From positions 1 to 44,430 of the forward strand of contig JBBILD010000028.1 in NCBI GenBank assembly GCA_037445065.1: 44,430 nucleotides of DNA, given 5' to 3'. The notes beneath the pieces were generated by a model. It had not been told where the DNA came from, searched no databases, and worked only from the letters and a program-made list of their open reading frames with translations. The DNA comes from Myxococcales bacterium. GTDB taxonomy: Bacteria > Desulfobacterota > Binatia > HRBIN30. Below are positions 18,101 to 29,142 of the stretch, piece after piece. The position numbers and the translations under genes are program-made. Position 1 is the stretch's first letter; each line of letters opens with the position of its first letter.

Positions 18101-20515
18101 TCAGAGGCTCGCCGCACGCCGGTGCGCGGCCGCAGCCGGTTCGAGTGCGTGCTGGAGGACCTCGTCCACAGTATCCACGAAAATGAACTGCATTTCCTTG
18201 CGCACGTGTTCGGGCACCTCTTCGAGGTCCTTTTCGTTGCGTGCCGGCAGGATCACCGTGCGGATGCCGGCCCGGTGCGCACCCAAGACTTTCTCCTTGA
18301 TTCCTCCCACAGGCAAAACCTTGCCACGCAGGGTAATCTCGCCGGTCATGGCCACGTCATGGCGCACCAGCCGGCCGCTCAACAGCGACGCCAGGGCGGT
18401 GGCCAGCGCAATCCCAGCCGAGGGACCATCTTTCGGCACGGCACCGGCCGGAACGTGAATGTGGATATCGAGGTTTTCGAAGAAGTCGGGCGCAATGCCG
18501 AGCTGCGCTGCGTGCGCCCGGATGTAGCTCAAGGCAGCCTGGGCCGACTCTTTCATGACTTCGCCCAATTGGCCGGTGAGGATCAATTGCTTTTTGCCCA
18601 CCATTTTGGTGGCTTCGACAAAAATGATCTCGCCGCCATTGGGGGTCCATGCCAAGCCAATGGCCACCCCGGGCTCTTGCGTGCGGTCCGCCACTTCCGA
18701 GAAAAAGCGCTCCGGGCCCAACATCTCGCGCACCTTTTGCGCATCGATTGTCGTTGGCTCGGTTCGTCCCTCGGTGATGGCCCGCGCCACCTTGCGGCAG
18801 AGGCTGCCGATCTCGCGTTCCAGATTTCTCAGCCCCGCCTCGCGCGTGTAATGGCGGATGATGTGCCGGATTCCATCGTCCGTGAAGACGATCTGCCCTT
18901 CCTCGAGACCGTTCTCGCGCATCTGTTTCGGAATCAAGTGCCGGCGCGCGATTTCCATCTTCTCTTCCTCGGTGTACCCAGCGAGTTCGATCACCTCCAT
19001 GCGATCCCGCAACGGAGGAGGAATCGGATCGAGCAGGTTCGCGGTGGTCACAAACATCACCCGAGAAAGGTCGAAGGGGACATCGAGATAGTGGTCTACG
19101 AACGAGTTGTTTTGTTCCGGATCGAGCACCTCCAGCAACGCCGCCGCCGGGTCGCCTCGGAAGTCTGCCCCCAACTTGTCGATCTCATCGAGCATCAACA
19201 GAGGGTTGTTCGAGCCCGCGTTGCGGATGCTCTGGATGATCCGCCCCGGCATGGAGCCAATATACGTGCGCCGGTGGCCGCGAATCTCGGCTTCGTCTCG
19301 CACGCCTCCCAGCGACAAGCGAACGAACTTCCGCCCGAGCGCACGGGCAATCGAGCGGCCGAGCGAAGTTTTTCCGGTCCCGGGCGGGCCCACGAAGCAC
19401 AGGATGGGCCCTTTCGAGTCTCGCTTCAACTTGCGCACCGCCAAGAACTCCAAAATCCGGTCCTTGATTTTCTCCAGGTCGTAGTGGTCCTCGTCGAGCA
19501 CTTGGCGCGCATGACCGATGTCCAGATTGTCCTCGGTGGATACCGACCACGGCAGATTCACGAGCCACTCTAGGTACGTCCGCACCACCGTGTGCTCGGC
19601 CGATTCCGGAGGGATGATCTTCAACCGCTCGAGTTCCTGCTCTGCCGCCTTACGCGCCTCGGGCGGGAGCTTGGCCTCTTCCATTTTCTTGCGCAGTTCC
19701 TCGATCTCGGCTGCACGCGGGTCGGACTCGCCCAGCTCCTTCTGGATCGCGCGCATTTGCTGGCGCAAGTAAAACTCTTTCTGGTTTTTGGTCAGTTCCG
19801 ACTGAACTTGGGCTTGGATCTTATGCCCCAGTTCCAACAGCTCGATTTCACGCTTGAGGATCATCAGCAGCCGCTCCATGCGCTGTTTCACATCGAGGGT
19901 ACTGAGCAGCTCCTGCTTTTCCTCCAGGGCAATGTTCAAGTTCGACGCGATCAGGTCGGTGACTTTCCCCGGGTCGCGGATATTGAGCACCACAGACTGC
20001 AGCTCGTCGGGCAAGTACGGAATCATGGAAACGTACTTGGCGAACTGGTTGGCAAGCTGCGTCTGCACAGCCTCGAGGGCGGGCGAAGGCACCTTCACGT
20101 CGTTCAACGCGCGCACGCGGGCGCGGAAATACGGCGCGGCCTGCAAGTATTCGAGAATCTCGACGCGGCGCAGCCCCTGCACCAAGATGCGCACACTGCC
20201 GTCCGGGTACTTCAGCATCTTCAGGATGCGCCCGGCGGTGCCCCGGGAGAACAAGCCTTCCGTGGTGGGGCTTTCTTCTTCGGGGTTTTTCTGACTCACG
20301 AGCGCCAGCAGCTTGTTCCCACTCAGTGTCTCTTCGACCAAGCGCAACGAGGAAGGACGCGAAATGAGTAGGGGCACGATCGCGGCCGGAAAAATCACGA
20401 CTCCGCGCAAAGGCAATACGGGTAGCTCTTCGGGGACATCCACTTCCCCTAAGTCGGTCTCGAAACCAATGTATCGCTGCCGCCGGCTTTCTTCGCGTTC
20501 GTCTTCCAAAGGCAT
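18101..20515 (-). CDS. lon: ATP-dependent Lon protease
   Basis: LON-N domain, [37 protein letters not shown]. Confidence 0.98.
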   Translation of the reverse strand: MPLEDEREESRRQRYIGFETDLGEVDVPEELPVLPLRGVVIFPAAIVPLLISRPSSLRLVEETLSGNKLLALVSQKNPEEESPTTEGLFSRGTAGRILKMLKYPDGSVRILVQGLRRVEILEYLQAAPYFRARVRALNDVKVPSPALEAVQTQLANQFAKYVSMIPYLPDELQSVVLNIRDPGKVTDLIASNLNIALEEKQELLSTLDVKQRMERLLMILKREIELLELGHKIQAQVQSELTKNQKEFYLRQQMRAIQKELGESDPRAAEIEELRKKMEEAKLPPEARKAAEQELERLKIIPPESAEHTVVRTYLEWLVNLPWSVSTEDNLDIGHARQVLDEDHYDLEKIKDRILEFLAVRKLKRDSKGPILCFVGPPGTGKTSLGRSIARALGRKFVRLSLGGVRDEAEIRGHRRTYIGSMPGRIIQSIRNAGSNNPLLMLDEIDKLGADFRGDPAAALLEVLDPEQNNSFVDHYLDVPFDLSRVMFVTTANLLDPIPPPLRDRMEVIELAGYTEEEKMEIARRHLIPKQMRENGLEEGQIVFTDDGIRHIIRHYTREAGLRNLEREIGSLCRKVARAITEGRTEPTTIDAQKVREMLGPERFFSEVADRTQEPGVAIGLAWTPNGGEIIFVEATKMVGKKQLILTGQLGEVMKESAQAALSYIRAHAAQLGIAPDFFENLDIHIHVPAGAVPKDGPSAGIALATALASLLSGRLVRHDVAMTGEITLRGKVLPVGGIKEKVLGAHRAGIRTVILPARNEKDLEEVPEHVRKEMQFIFVDTVDEVLQHALEPAAAAHRRAASL

Positions 20516-20521
20516 GGCCGC

Positions 20522-20550
20522 AAAGTAATACCGCCCCTGGAGCGTGACAA
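20522..20550 (-). promoter_or_regulatory. Sigma-70-type promoter giving a leaderless lon mRNA
   Basis: Minus strand TTGTCA-N17-TACTTT-N6-ATG; no SD. Confidence 0.6.
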
Positions 20551-20650
20551 GACGGAGCGGTGCGGCACTTGCCGCGGTTCTCTGCTCCTATTGATTGGCG
20601 GAGGAGATTTCTCGATGATCGGGGCGTCTGCCCGCGCACCGAGAAAAGAG

Positions 20651-21070
20651 ATGCAGCACTGGTTCACGCCCGAGGAGGTCGACGCCTTGATTCCGCGGCT
20701 CGAGTCATTGATCGGCCAGCTGCAAAGACTCTCCCGGCGTATCCGGGACGCGGCCGTGGAAATGGCTGCGGCTCTGGGGTGCGATCCCGCGATGCTAGAT
20801 CGTGCCACCCTTCTAGAGCATCGTCCGGACTTGCGCGCCGACTGCGAACGACTCCGCATCCTACTCGAAGAGATCCGCCAGTGTGGCGGAATTTTCCGTG
20901 CCGTCGAGTTGGGGCTCGTCGACTTCCCGGCACGGGTCGGGGGGGAAGAGGTGTTTCTTTGCTGGCAGTATGGCGAACCGGCGGTGGCCTATTACCACCG
21001 AGCGGAGGAAGGCTTCTCCGGCCGCAAACCCTTGCCCGGGCGGGGGATGCGAGTTCCGCCCGTTCACTGA
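20651..21070 (+). CDS. DUF2203 domain-containing protein
   Basis: FTPEEVDALIP...GLVDFPARVGGEEVFLCWQYGEPAVAYYH...GFSGRKPL. Confidence 0.88.
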   Translation: MQHWFTPEEVDALIPRLESLIGQLQRLSRRIRDAAVEMAAALGCDPAMLDRATLLEHRPDLRADCERLRILLEEIRQCGGIFRAVELGLVDFPARVGGEEVFLCWQYGEPAVAYYHRAEEGFSGRKPLPGRGMRVPPVH

Positions 21071-21080
21071 GGGCAGCTAG

Positions 21081-21542
21081 ATGCTGTTTTCGGCTCTCCG
21101 CTTCATTTACCTTCTCGCGCTGGCGATCTGGCTCGGAACGATGGTCTTCCATTCGTTCATTGTCGCTCCGACCTTGTTTGCGGCGCTGCCCCAGCATGCC
21201 GCCGGGGATGCGGTGAGTCGTCTCTTTCCAAAATACTACCTGCTCGGGTACGCCTGTGGCGCTACCTGCACGCTGATCCCGCTTGTGCTGTGGCTCAGCG
21301 GGAGAAGTCCCTCGGCTTGGGGTCCAATTGCCCTACTCGGCGCCTCGATGTGGGCGGCCACGATGTTCGCGGGCACGGTAGTGCACGGGAAGGCAAGCGC
21401 GCTGCGGCAGGAGCTGCGTACCGGAAATGAGGCAGTACATCCCGCATTTGTTCGCTGGCACCGGGTCGCGGTGGTGCTGAACTTAGCCGTTCTCGCGACC
21501 GGCGTTGGAGTGACCGTCCTTGTCGCCCGCCAACTGGACTGA
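21081..21542 (+). CDS. DUF4149 / TMEM205-like membrane protein
   Basis: WLGTMVFHSFIVAPTLFAALP...AG...LFPKYY...FVRWH. Confidence 0.85.
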   Translation: MLFSALRFIYLLALAIWLGTMVFHSFIVAPTLFAALPQHAAGDAVSRLFPKYYLLGYACGATCTLIPLVLWLSGRSPSAWGPIALLGASMWAATMFAGTVVHGKASALRQELRTGNEAVHPAFVRWHRVAVVLNLAVLATGVGVTVLVARQLD

Positions 21543-22308
21543 CCCATCGTTGCGCAGGCACGGCGAAGCCTGCGCGATCCTGTTCGACCTCTTCGGGACA
21601 CTTGTCTACTTCCGGCCACACGTTCCCACCGTGGAGGTGGGCGGGCAGCCTTGGCGGTCGGCCCTGGAGTGGCTTGCGCCCCTGTGCGCGCAACATCTTC
21701 CCGAGGTCCCCTTCACGGCGTTTCTCGAGGCTCTTTTGGAGACCACGCGCGAAATCGCGGCGCAGCGGCCGCCGGAGTTCCGGGAAGTGCCTTCGGTCGA
21801 ACGCTTTACCCGCGCGCTGCGCCGCCTGGGTCTGCCTGCCGCTCGCTGTGACGAACTTGCCCCCCGATTTTCTGCGCACCACATGCAGCGGCTGACTGCA
21901 GAAACGGTCCTGGCACCGAGGGCCCGCGAGGTGTTGAGCGCATTCCGGCCACACGCAAAGCTCGTGCTAGTTTCGAACTTCGACCATGAGGCAGCGGCTC
22001 GTTCGGTCCTCGACCGCTACGGCCTGAGTGGATTCTTCGATCTGGTGCTCATCTCGGCGGCCTTCGGCCGCCGCAAACCACATCCAGCGATTTTTCTAGC
22101 AGGGCTCGAACCCTTTGCCATCGCTCCGGAACAAGCGTGGTTCGTAGGCGACAACTACGCCGAGGACATCGAGGGGGCAAAAGCCGTGGGACTTCGGCCG
22201 GTTTGGGTTTGTGCGGCCGGCCCGCCACATCCACCCGCGGATGGGGTACACGTCGTTCATTCCCTCGACGAAGTGGTACCGTTGGTGCTTGCCGGCAAGC
22301 CCCACTGA
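21520..22308 (+). CDS. HAD-superfamily hydrolase
   Basis: LFDLFGTL, VSNFD, RKPHPAIF, VGDNYAEDIEGA; start TTG 21520 or 21550. Confidence 0.9.
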   Translation: MSPANWTDPSLRRHGEACAILFDLFGTLVYFRPHVPTVEVGGQPWRSALEWLAPLCAQHLPEVPFTAFLEALLETTREIAAQRPPEFREVPSVERFTRALRRLGLPAARCDELAPRFSAHHMQRLTAETVLAPRAREVLSAFRPHAKLVLVSNFDHEAAARSVLDRYGLSGFFDLVLISAAFGRRKPHPAIFLAGLEPFAIAPEQAWFVGDNYAEDIEGAKAVGLRPVWVCAAGPPHPPADGVHVVHSLDEVVPLVLAGKPH

Positions 22309-22333
22309 CACTTTGGGGGGCGTTCCCTAGATT
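22305..22333 (+). promoter_or_regulatory. Sigma-70-type promoter of tRNA-Ser
   Basis: CTGACA-N17-TAGATT, 33 nt before the tRNA. Confidence 0.55.
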
Positions 22334-22366
22334 CAAACTTGCGGGCTCGCTAACGCTCGGCTGGCC

Positions 22367-22451
22367 GGAGGGGTGGGTGAGCGGTTGAAACCACCGGTCT
22401 TGAAAACCGGCAGCCCGCAAGGGCTCGAGGGTTCGAATCCCTCCCCCTCCG
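22367..22451 (+). tRNA. tRNA-Ser(UGA)
   Basis: Acceptor stem GGAGGGG/CCCCTCC plus discriminator G; anticodon arm CCGGT-CTTGAAA-ACCGG; long variable arm GCCC-GCAA-GGGC; T arm GAGGG-TTCGAAT-CCCTC; CCA not encoded. Confidence 0.96.
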
Positions 22452-22561
22452 CTGACTCACCTCGGAAGCGCAAACGGAGACCGTGATTGGGGCAGGTATG
22501 CTGGCCAGACCGCGCCGGTTGGTCAAAACCCTACGCAGTCCGAGATTCCGGAACGCGGCGG

Positions 22562-23335
22562 TTAGTCCACCAACCCGTCCAACGGGCTCGAGGCAGAAGC
22601 GTACAATTTGCGTGGGATGCGACCTGCCAGAAACGCCTTGCGGCCCGCCTCGACGGCCAAGCGCATGGCCTCGGCCATCAGAATCGGGTCGCGAGCACCG
22701 GCGATCGCGGTGTTCATCAGAACCGCATCGCAGCCCAGCTCCATAGCAACGGCGGCATCCGAGGCGGTTCCCACTCCGGCATCCACAATGACCGGCACGC
22801 GCGCGTGCTCGAGGATGATGCGCAAATTATATGGATTGCGGATCCCGAGGCCTGACCCGATCGGCGCGGCCAGAGGCATGACCGCCACGCATCCGAGTTC
22901 CTCGAGCACCCTCGCTGCCACCGGATCGTCGTTGATGTACGGGAGAACGGCAAATCCATCGCGTACCAGGATGCGCGCCGCCTCGATCGTGGCTGAGACG
23001 TTCGGGAAGAGTGTTTTCTCGTCGCCAATGACTTCGAGTTTCACCCAGTTGCCCACACCGGCTTCCCGCGCCAGGTGCGCCGTACGCACCGCTTCTTCGG
23101 CCGTGTAACAACCAGCGGTGTTGGGCAAGATCCAAAAACGGTTCGGATCCAAGTAGTCGAGCAAGTTTTCCGTTTCGCGGCTTGTGATGTTCACCCGGCG
23201 CACCGCCACAGTAACGATCTCGGCGCCCGAGGCTTCCACGGCGCGCCGCGTCTCTTCAAAACTGCGGTACTTGCCCGTACCCACGATTAGGCGCGAGCGA
23301 AAGGTGCGGCCAGCGATGCGAAGCAAGTCCTCCAT
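22562..23335 (-). CDS. thiG: Thiazole synthase
   Basis: [44 protein letters not shown]. Confidence 0.97.
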   Translation of the reverse strand: MEDLLRIAGRTFRSRLIVGTGKYRSFEETRRAVEASGAEIVTVAVRRVNITSRETENLLDYLDPNRFWILPNTAGCYTAEEAVRTAHLAREAGVGNWVKLEVIGDEKTLFPNVSATIEAARILVRDGFAVLPYINDDPVAARVLEELGCVAVMPLAAPIGSGLGIRNPYNLRIILEHARVPVIVDAGVGTASDAAVAMELGCDAVLMNTAIAGARDPILMAEAMRLAVEAGRKAFLAGRIPRKLYASASSPLDGLVD

Positions 23336-23339
23336 TGGT

Positions 23340-23540
23340 TTATCCCCCGCCCACAAAGTGGACGATTTCAATGCGATCTTCTTCTTGTACCTTGTGCTCG
23401 GCAAAGCGGCTTCGCGGGACGATCTCACGATTGATTTCGACGGCAATCCGCCTCCCCTCGAGGCCGAGCTGCGCAACGAGTTCGGCGACCGTACATGAGC
23501 CTGGAAGCGTATGCGGCTGTCCGTTCAAAATCACCCGCAT
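23340..23540 (-). CDS. thiS: Sulfur carrier protein ThiS
   Basis: 66 aa, [10 protein letters not shown]...[11 protein letters not shown]-terminus, upstream of thiG. Confidence 0.96.
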   Translation of the reverse strand: MRVILNGQPHTLPGSCTVAELVAQLGLEGRRIAVEINREIVPRSRFAEHKVQEEDRIEIVHFVGGG

Positions 23541-23548
23541 GGGTTTCG

Positions 23549-23599
23549 ACGATAGAAGCGGTTCGCTGCCTTTACAACCAGAGCCAGCGTTGGTATCAC
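23549..23599. promoter_or_regulatory. Divergent sigma-70 promoters of thiS and alr with overlapping -35 boxes
   Basis: Minus: TTGTAA-N17-TATCGT-N8-ATG(thiS); plus: TTTACA-N17-TATCAC with TG extension. Confidence 0.55.
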
Positions 23600-23619
23600 G
23601 CGCCGGGTTCTGCACGCCC

Positions 23620-24750
23620 ATGAACGATCCGCAGCATGTTTCCGGCGGGGCGCGTGCCGAAATTTCTGCTCAAGCGCTTCGCCACAATTTTACTTTGCTT
23701 CGCCAGCGACTTGCCCGTGGCGTTCGCCTCCTCGCTGTGGTCAAGGCCGATGCGTACGGGCACGGCGCTTCGCTGGTTGCCCCTGTGCTCGAACAGGCTG
23801 GTGCGGACTGGTTCGGCGTGGCAACGTGGGAAGAAGCGCAGGAGCTTCGCAGCGCTGGCGTACGTGCGCCGATCCTGCTCCTCACTGGAGTTCTCGGCCT
23901 TTCGCCAACTGAGGTTTGCGAGGCTAGCGAAAATGGTATTTCGCTCGCCCTGCTCGACAAAGAACACCTGGCATTCTTGCGCGCACTGCGTCCCAGCCGC
24001 CCGATTCGGGTGCATCTCAAAGTGGATACCGGCATGGGGCGGCTCGGGGTGCGGCCCGAGGAGGTTCCGGCGATCGTCGAAGAACTCCAGCAAGTCTCAA
24101 CCGTGCAGCTCGAAGGCGTGTTCTCTCATTTCGGGAGTGCGACCAACGTTTGTACTCCCTTTACCCGAGAACAACTCGCCCGTTTTCTCAGCCTGCGTGC
24201 CGAATGGCCAGCGAGGGTGGGGCCCAAGCCGCTTTTTCACCTCGCGAACAGCGTCGCCACTTGGCAGGTACCGGAGAGCCATGCGGACATGGTGCGGCCC
24301 GGGATTGCGCTGTACGGGATCTGGCCGGATCCGCATTCGGAGGTGCGGGAGCTCGAGGCGGTCATGCGGCTTGCCGCCCCGGTTTTGCAGGTCCGTGAAG
24401 TCCCCGCCGGCACGCCGATCAGCTACGGGCAAACCTTCGTCACCGCGCGTCCGAGCCGCCTGGCGGTCATTGGAATCGGCTACGCCGATGGTTACGATCG
24501 GCGGCTTTCGAACCGGGCAGAAGTTTTGATCCGGAGCCGCCGGGCTCCCGTCGTGGGCCGGATCTGCATGGATTTGACCGTCGTTGATGTAACCGATGTA
24601 CCCGGGGTGAGGCCAGGAGACGAAGTCGTTTTGTGGGGCAAGCAGGGAGGCGAGCAAATCACCCTTGCTGAGGTCAGTCGCTGGAGCGGCGCGATTCCCT
24701 ACGAACTCGTTGCCGGCCTCGGCCGCCGGGTGCGGAGGGTGTTGGTCTAG
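23620..24750 (+). CDS. alr: Alanine racemase
   Basis: AVVKADAYGHG, HLKVDTGMGRLG, VRPGIALYG, GYADGY, GRICMD. Confidence 0.96.
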   Translation: MNDPQHVSGGARAEISAQALRHNFTLLRQRLARGVRLLAVVKADAYGHGASLVAPVLEQAGADWFGVATWEEAQELRSAGVRAPILLLTGVLGLSPTEVCEASENGISLALLDKEHLAFLRALRPSRPIRVHLKVDTGMGRLGVRPEEVPAIVEELQQVSTVQLEGVFSHFGSATNVCTPFTREQLARFLSLRAEWPARVGPKPLFHLANSVATWQVPESHADMVRPGIALYGIWPDPHSEVRELEAVMRLAAPVLQVREVPAGTPISYGQTFVTARPSRLAVIGIGYADGYDRRLSNRAEVLIRSRRAPVVGRICMDLTVVDVTDVPGVRPGDEVVLWGKQGGEQITLAEVSRWSGAIPYELVAGLGRRVRRVLV

Positions 24751-24813
24751 GCGGAGAGTTGGTCGGAACCTCTGGAGGCTGACAAGTCGTTTTCGAGTAC
24801 CAAGGAGGAAAGA

Positions 24814-26370
24814 ATGGCCCGGATACGCAAAGCCTTGATTAGCGTCAGCGACAAAACGGGTCTGGTGCCGTTCGCGCAGGCGCTACATGAGCTAGGGGTG
24901 CAGATTCTGTCCACCGGTGGCACTGCCAAACTCCTCAGTGAGCATGGTGTGCCGGTCACATCGGTGAGCGATTACACGGGCTTCCCGGAGATTCTCGACG
25001 GCCGGGTGAAGACCTTACACCCGCGCATTCATGGTGGATTGCTCGCGCTGCGCAGCAATGCAAAGCACGAAGAACAACTACGAACGCTCGGGATCGAGCC
25101 GATTGATCTGGTGGTCGTCAACCTCTACCCGTTCGAACGCACGGTCGCCAAGCCTGGTTGCACCTGGGAGGAAGCCATCGAGAACATTGACATCGGCGGC
25201 CCCTCGATGATCCGCTCGGCAGCAAAAAACCATGAGTCGGTGACGGTCATTGTGGACCCTGCTGACTACGACCTGGTTCTAAGCGAACTGCGAGCGAATG
25301 CCGGAGAGGTGTCGCTCGCCACCAACCGCCTGCTGGCGCAAAAGGCCTTCGCCACCACGGCTCGTTACGATGGTGCCATCGCCCAATACCTTGGCCGTTT
25401 CACCGACGGTGAACAGCAGGCTTTCTCGCGTACCTTTCACATGACGCTCAGTAAAGCGCAGGACCTGCGCTACGGCGAAAACCCGCATCAGAAATCCGCA
25501 CTATACGGGGACTTTCTGCGCGTGGTCCAACAACTCCACGGCAAGGAACTCTCGTACAATAACATCTTGGACATCCACGCGGCGCTGGCGCTCATGTTAG
25601 AGTTCTGCACGAGCGGGCAGGCCTGCGTGGCAATCCTCAAACACAACACTCCGTGCGGGGTCGGTTTGGGAGAGAGTGACGTCGAAGCCTACCGCCGTGC
25701 CTTTGCAACTGATCCCGACTCTCCCTTTGGTGGCATCCTGATCAGCAACCAGCCCTGGTCCCTGGCCTTAGCCCAGGAGGTGGATGAAATCTTCACGGAG
25801 GTACTCATCGCACCGGAGTTCGAACCGACCGCCCTCGATTTTTTGAAAAAGAAAAAGAACCGCCGCCTGATGCGCTGGAACCCAGAGGTGGCGCGGGAAC
25901 TCTGGCAGATCGAAGCGCGCAGCGTCATGGGGGGGCTCCTCGTTCAGGGCGCCGATCGGAGCATGGAAGAGCCGCGCGCCGGCCGTGTGGTGACGCGGCG
26001 CAGCCCGAGCGAAGCGGAATGGGCAGCGTTGTCCTTCGGCTGGAAAGTGGTCAAGCACGTGAAGTCCAATGCCATTGTCTTTTGCACGGAAAACGCCACC
26101 AGAGCGATCGGAGGTGGCGCCACCTCGCGGGTGGATCCCGTATACGCGGCGCGGGCCAAGGCGGGCCGCGTCGGAATCGATCTGCGTGGTACGGTGCTGG
26201 CCAGCGACGCGTTTTTCCCCTTTCCCGACGGGGTGGAAGTCGCTGCCGAGGCCGGAATTACAGCCGTGATTCAGCCCGGAGGCAGCGTGCGCGACGATGA
26301 GGTCATCGCCGCCGCCGATCGCCTAGGGCTGGCCATGGTCTTTACCGGCGTGCGCCACTTTCGCCACTGA
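24814..26370 (+). CDS. purH: Bifunctional AICAR formyltransferase / IMP cyclohydrolase
   Basis: [54 protein letters not shown]. Confidence 0.97.
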   Translation: MARIRKALISVSDKTGLVPFAQALHELGVQILSTGGTAKLLSEHGVPVTSVSDYTGFPEILDGRVKTLHPRIHGGLLALRSNAKHEEQLRTLGIEPIDLVVVNLYPFERTVAKPGCTWEEAIENIDIGGPSMIRSAAKNHESVTVIVDPADYDLVLSELRANAGEVSLATNRLLAQKAFATTARYDGAIAQYLGRFTDGEQQAFSRTFHMTLSKAQDLRYGENPHQKSALYGDFLRVVQQLHGKELSYNNILDIHAALALMLEFCTSGQACVAILKHNTPCGVGLGESDVEAYRRAFATDPDSPFGGILISNQPWSLALAQEVDEIFTEVLIAPEFEPTALDFLKKKKNRRLMRWNPEVARELWQIEARSVMGGLLVQGADRSMEEPRAGRVVTRRSPSEAEWAALSFGWKVVKHVKSNAIVFCTENATRAIGGGATSRVDPVYAARAKAGRVGIDLRGTVLASDAFFPFPDGVEVAAEAGITAVIQPGGSVRDDEVIAAADRLGLAMVFTGVRHFRH

Positions 26371-26487
26371 ATTTTGCCGAGGATCAGCGATGCAGCGAAC
26401 GTCTTTGTTGCGTTTTGTGGCTGACTCGCCGAGCCGCCTGTACCGCGGCCCGGTGCGATCGCAAGTGCTCTCCTGGAGGGTAGCCAG

Positions 26488-27774
26488 ATGAAGGTGTTGG
26501 TCGTTGGCGGCGGTGGACGAGAACACGCTTTGGTTTGGAAGCTCGCTCGCTCGCCACGCGTGGAGCAGATTTACTGTGCTCCAGGCAATGCGGGCATCGC
26601 GCAGATTGCGGATCTCGTCCCGATCGGCGTTGACGATGTCGCCGGCCTCTTGCGGTTCGCGAGCGAGGCGCGGATTGACCTTACCGTAGTGGGCCCCGAG
26701 TTGCCCCTCACCCTCGGCATCGCGGACGAATTTGCAAAGGAGGGCCTGAGAGTCTTTGGGCCGAGCCGCGAAGCGGCGCGGCTCGAGTCGAGCAAGGCGT
26801 TCGCAAAGGAGCTGTTGCGGCGTTTCGGAATCCCCACTGGGTACTTTGGTACCTTCGATCGCCCGGAGGAAGCAAAACGGTACGTGCACGAGGTAGGGAC
26901 GCCAGTCGTGATCAAGGCGGATGGCCTTGCAGCCGGAAAAGGGGTGATCGTTTGCCACGACCAACGCGAGGCGGAGCAAGCCATTGACGACATGTTGGTG
27001 TCGCGGCTGTTCGGTGACGCCGGAGAGCGCATCGTGGTCGAAGAATATCTGGAAGGCGAAGAAGTGTCCTTTATCGCGCTGGTGGATGGAACTTCAGTCC
27101 TTCCCTTCCCGTCTGCCCAGGACCACAAACGCCTGCTCGATGACGATCTGGGTCCGAACACGGGCGGGATGGGCGCCTATTCACCTACTCCGGCGCTGAC
27201 TCCGGAACTGGAGGCCCGCGTCTTGAAAGAGATCGTGCTGCCGACCCTCAACGCACTGCGCGCGCAGGGAATTGACTTCCGCGGAGCCCTCTACGCTGGG
27301 CTCATGCTCACGGAGCAAGGGCCCAAAGTGCTTGAATTCAACGTCCGCTTCGGCGACCCCGAATGCCAGCCGCTCATGCTGCGCTTGGAAAGCGACCTCG
27401 TGGACTTACTCGAGGCTTGTATCGAAGGACGGTTGGCGGAGGTGCGCCCGCGGTGGGACGCACGAGCGGCGGCGTGCGTGGTACTGGCCGCGCGAGGCTA
27501 TCCAGGGCCGTTCGAGCGCGGCAAAGTCATCCAAGGTCTCAGCGAGGCGGAGCAACTCCCAGGTGTGGTCGTTTTCCATGCTGGAACGGCGCGCCGCGGC
27601 GAGACGTTCGTGACCAACGGAGGGCGGGTGCTCGGTGTGACAGCAAGCGGTTCGGACGTGGCGGAGGCGGTACAGCGCGCGTATGCCGCGGTCGAGAAAA
27701 TTCGTTTCGATGGTATGCACTTCCGGCGCGACGTCGGCCGACGTGCACTCCGCGGGCAGCCCGTACACAGTTGA
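26488..27774 (+). CDS. purD: Phosphoribosylamine--glycine ligase
   Basis: [43 protein letters not shown]. Confidence 0.97.
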   Translation: MKVLVVGGGGREHALVWKLARSPRVEQIYCAPGNAGIAQIADLVPIGVDDVAGLLRFASEARIDLTVVGPELPLTLGIADEFAKEGLRVFGPSREAARLESSKAFAKELLRRFGIPTGYFGTFDRPEEAKRYVHEVGTPVVIKADGLAAGKGVIVCHDQREAEQAIDDMLVSRLFGDAGERIVVEEYLEGEEVSFIALVDGTSVLPFPSAQDHKRLLDDDLGPNTGGMGAYSPTPALTPELEARVLKEIVLPTLNALRAQGIDFRGALYAGLMLTEQGPKVLEFNVRFGDPECQPLMLRLESDLVDLLEACIEGRLAEVRPRWDARAAACVVLAARGYPGPFERGKVIQGLSEAEQLPGVVVFHAGTARRGETFVTNGGRVLGVTASGSDVAEAVQRAYAAVEKIRFDGMHFRRDVGRRALRGQPVHS

Positions 27775-27825
27775 GCGACCGCGCATGCAGAGTCCGGCAC
27801 ACAGCACAGCGAGGAGAGGCCCCCA

Positions 27826-29109
27826 ATGGTGATGATCCGCCCGTTCACTCCGATCCGTTACAATCCCGCGCTGTTCCCCGACCTGGCTCCTTTGGTGGCG
27901 CCGCCGTATGACGTGATCGATGCGGGCGCACGCGACGAACTTTACGAGCGGCACCCGTACAACGTCATCCGCCTGATCCTCAACCGCGACCCCGACCCAT
28001 ACGCCAGTGCCGCCGACACATGGGCGGAGTGGCGGGCCGAACGGATTTTGGTGGAAGAATTGCGCCCCTGTCTGGTGTTTTCTCTCGAGCGATTTCGCCT
28101 TCGCGACGGCACCGAGCATGAGCGGGCCGGGCTATTCGGAGCGATCCGCCTGGAGCCGTTCGCGTCCGGCAAGATCCGGCCCCACGAGCGCACGTTCTCG
28201 GGCCCCAAAGAAGACCGCTTGCAGCTCTTACGAGCTTGCCGCGCCAACTTGAGCCCTGTTTTCGGATTGTATGCCGACCAAGAAACCTTGCTGGCGACGT
28301 TCCGCTCGTCGCTGGCGCAGCGGCGGCCCGATATCTCCTTGGTAGACTGGGCAGGCACGCGACACCGGTTGTGGTTCGTGCGCGACCGCCGATTGATCAC
28401 GCTTGCGCAACGTTCGCTCGAAGAAGAGGAAGTCATCATTGCCGATGGCCACCATCGCTACGAGACTGCGCTCGCGTACGCTGAAGAGCGGCGCGCAGCG
28501 GGAGGCGACGCGGTCGAGGCCCCGTATAACTTCGTCTTGATGTATCTGACGAGCTTGGCCGACCCTGGGCTGCTGGTTCTACCCACGCATCGCGTGCTCG
28601 GTGATGTCCCCGCGCTGCGTGCCGGGCGGGTTGCCGAACTTCTTTCTCAGCATTTCTCCCTGCAGCGCTTTCCGCGCGAGCAGGCGCAGGCGCTCTTCCG
28701 GGCGCTGGACGAATCCGCCGGCCATCACACCCTCGGTGTGGCCCTTGCAGGCGAGGACTGCGTGTGGCTTGCTCGCCTCCAGGATCCAACACTCCTCGAG
28801 CGCGAAGCTCCCGATTTGCCCCCGGCCGTGCGCGACCTAGATGTGACTCTGCTCGACCGTTTCGTACTGCGCGGCTTGCTCGGCATTGATGTCGACCAAG
28901 AAGCCCGCGCCGGGCGTCTTTGGTACACGCACGACGACCAGGAGGCGCTCGCGGCTCTGGCCACGGGCGCACAAGCGGTTTTTTTGATGCGGCCGCCGCG
29001 CCTGGACGATCTGCTCGCCGTGTGCCGAGCCGGTGCGGTCATGCCCCAGAAGTCCACCTACTTCTACCCAAAACTGCTGAGCGGGCTGCTGTTTCAGTCC
29101 GTCGAGTGA
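27826..29109 (+). CDS. DUF1015 domain-containing protein
   Basis: APPYDVI, IRPHERT, IADGHHRYETA, PTHR, MPQKSTYFYPKL. Confidence 0.92.
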   Translation: MVMIRPFTPIRYNPALFPDLAPLVAPPYDVIDAGARDELYERHPYNVIRLILNRDPDPYASAADTWAEWRAERILVEELRPCLVFSLERFRLRDGTEHERAGLFGAIRLEPFASGKIRPHERTFSGPKEDRLQLLRACRANLSPVFGLYADQETLLATFRSSLAQRRPDISLVDWAGTRHRLWFVRDRRLITLAQRSLEEEEVIIADGHHRYETALAYAEERRAAGGDAVEAPYNFVLMYLTSLADPGLLVLPTHRVLGDVPALRAGRVAELLSQHFSLQRFPREQAQALFRALDESAGHHTLGVALAGEDCVWLARLQDPTLLEREAPDLPPAVRDLDVTLLDRFVLRGLLGIDVDQEARAGRLWYTHDDQEALAALATGAQAVFLMRPPRLDDLLAVCRAGAVMPQKSTYFYPKLLSGLLFQSVE

Positions 29110-29142
29110 GGGCCGCACCCTCTGCTGACGCGCTGCCTTCGG

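Noticed and set aside
18122..20371. Long antisense ORFs over lon, and similar ones over pncB, glgA, thyX and thiC
   Set aside because: Typical stop-poor antisense frames of GC-rich genes, with no motifs.
22367..22451. tRNA-Ser as an integration site, or as tRNA-Sec
   Set aside because: No integrase or duplicated 3' end was seen and thiG follows directly. The anticodon is UGA (reads UCA, Ser), not UCA.
24751..24813. ZMP/ZTP riboswitch upstream of purH
   Set aside because: The gap is only 63 nt and has no recognisable aptamer.
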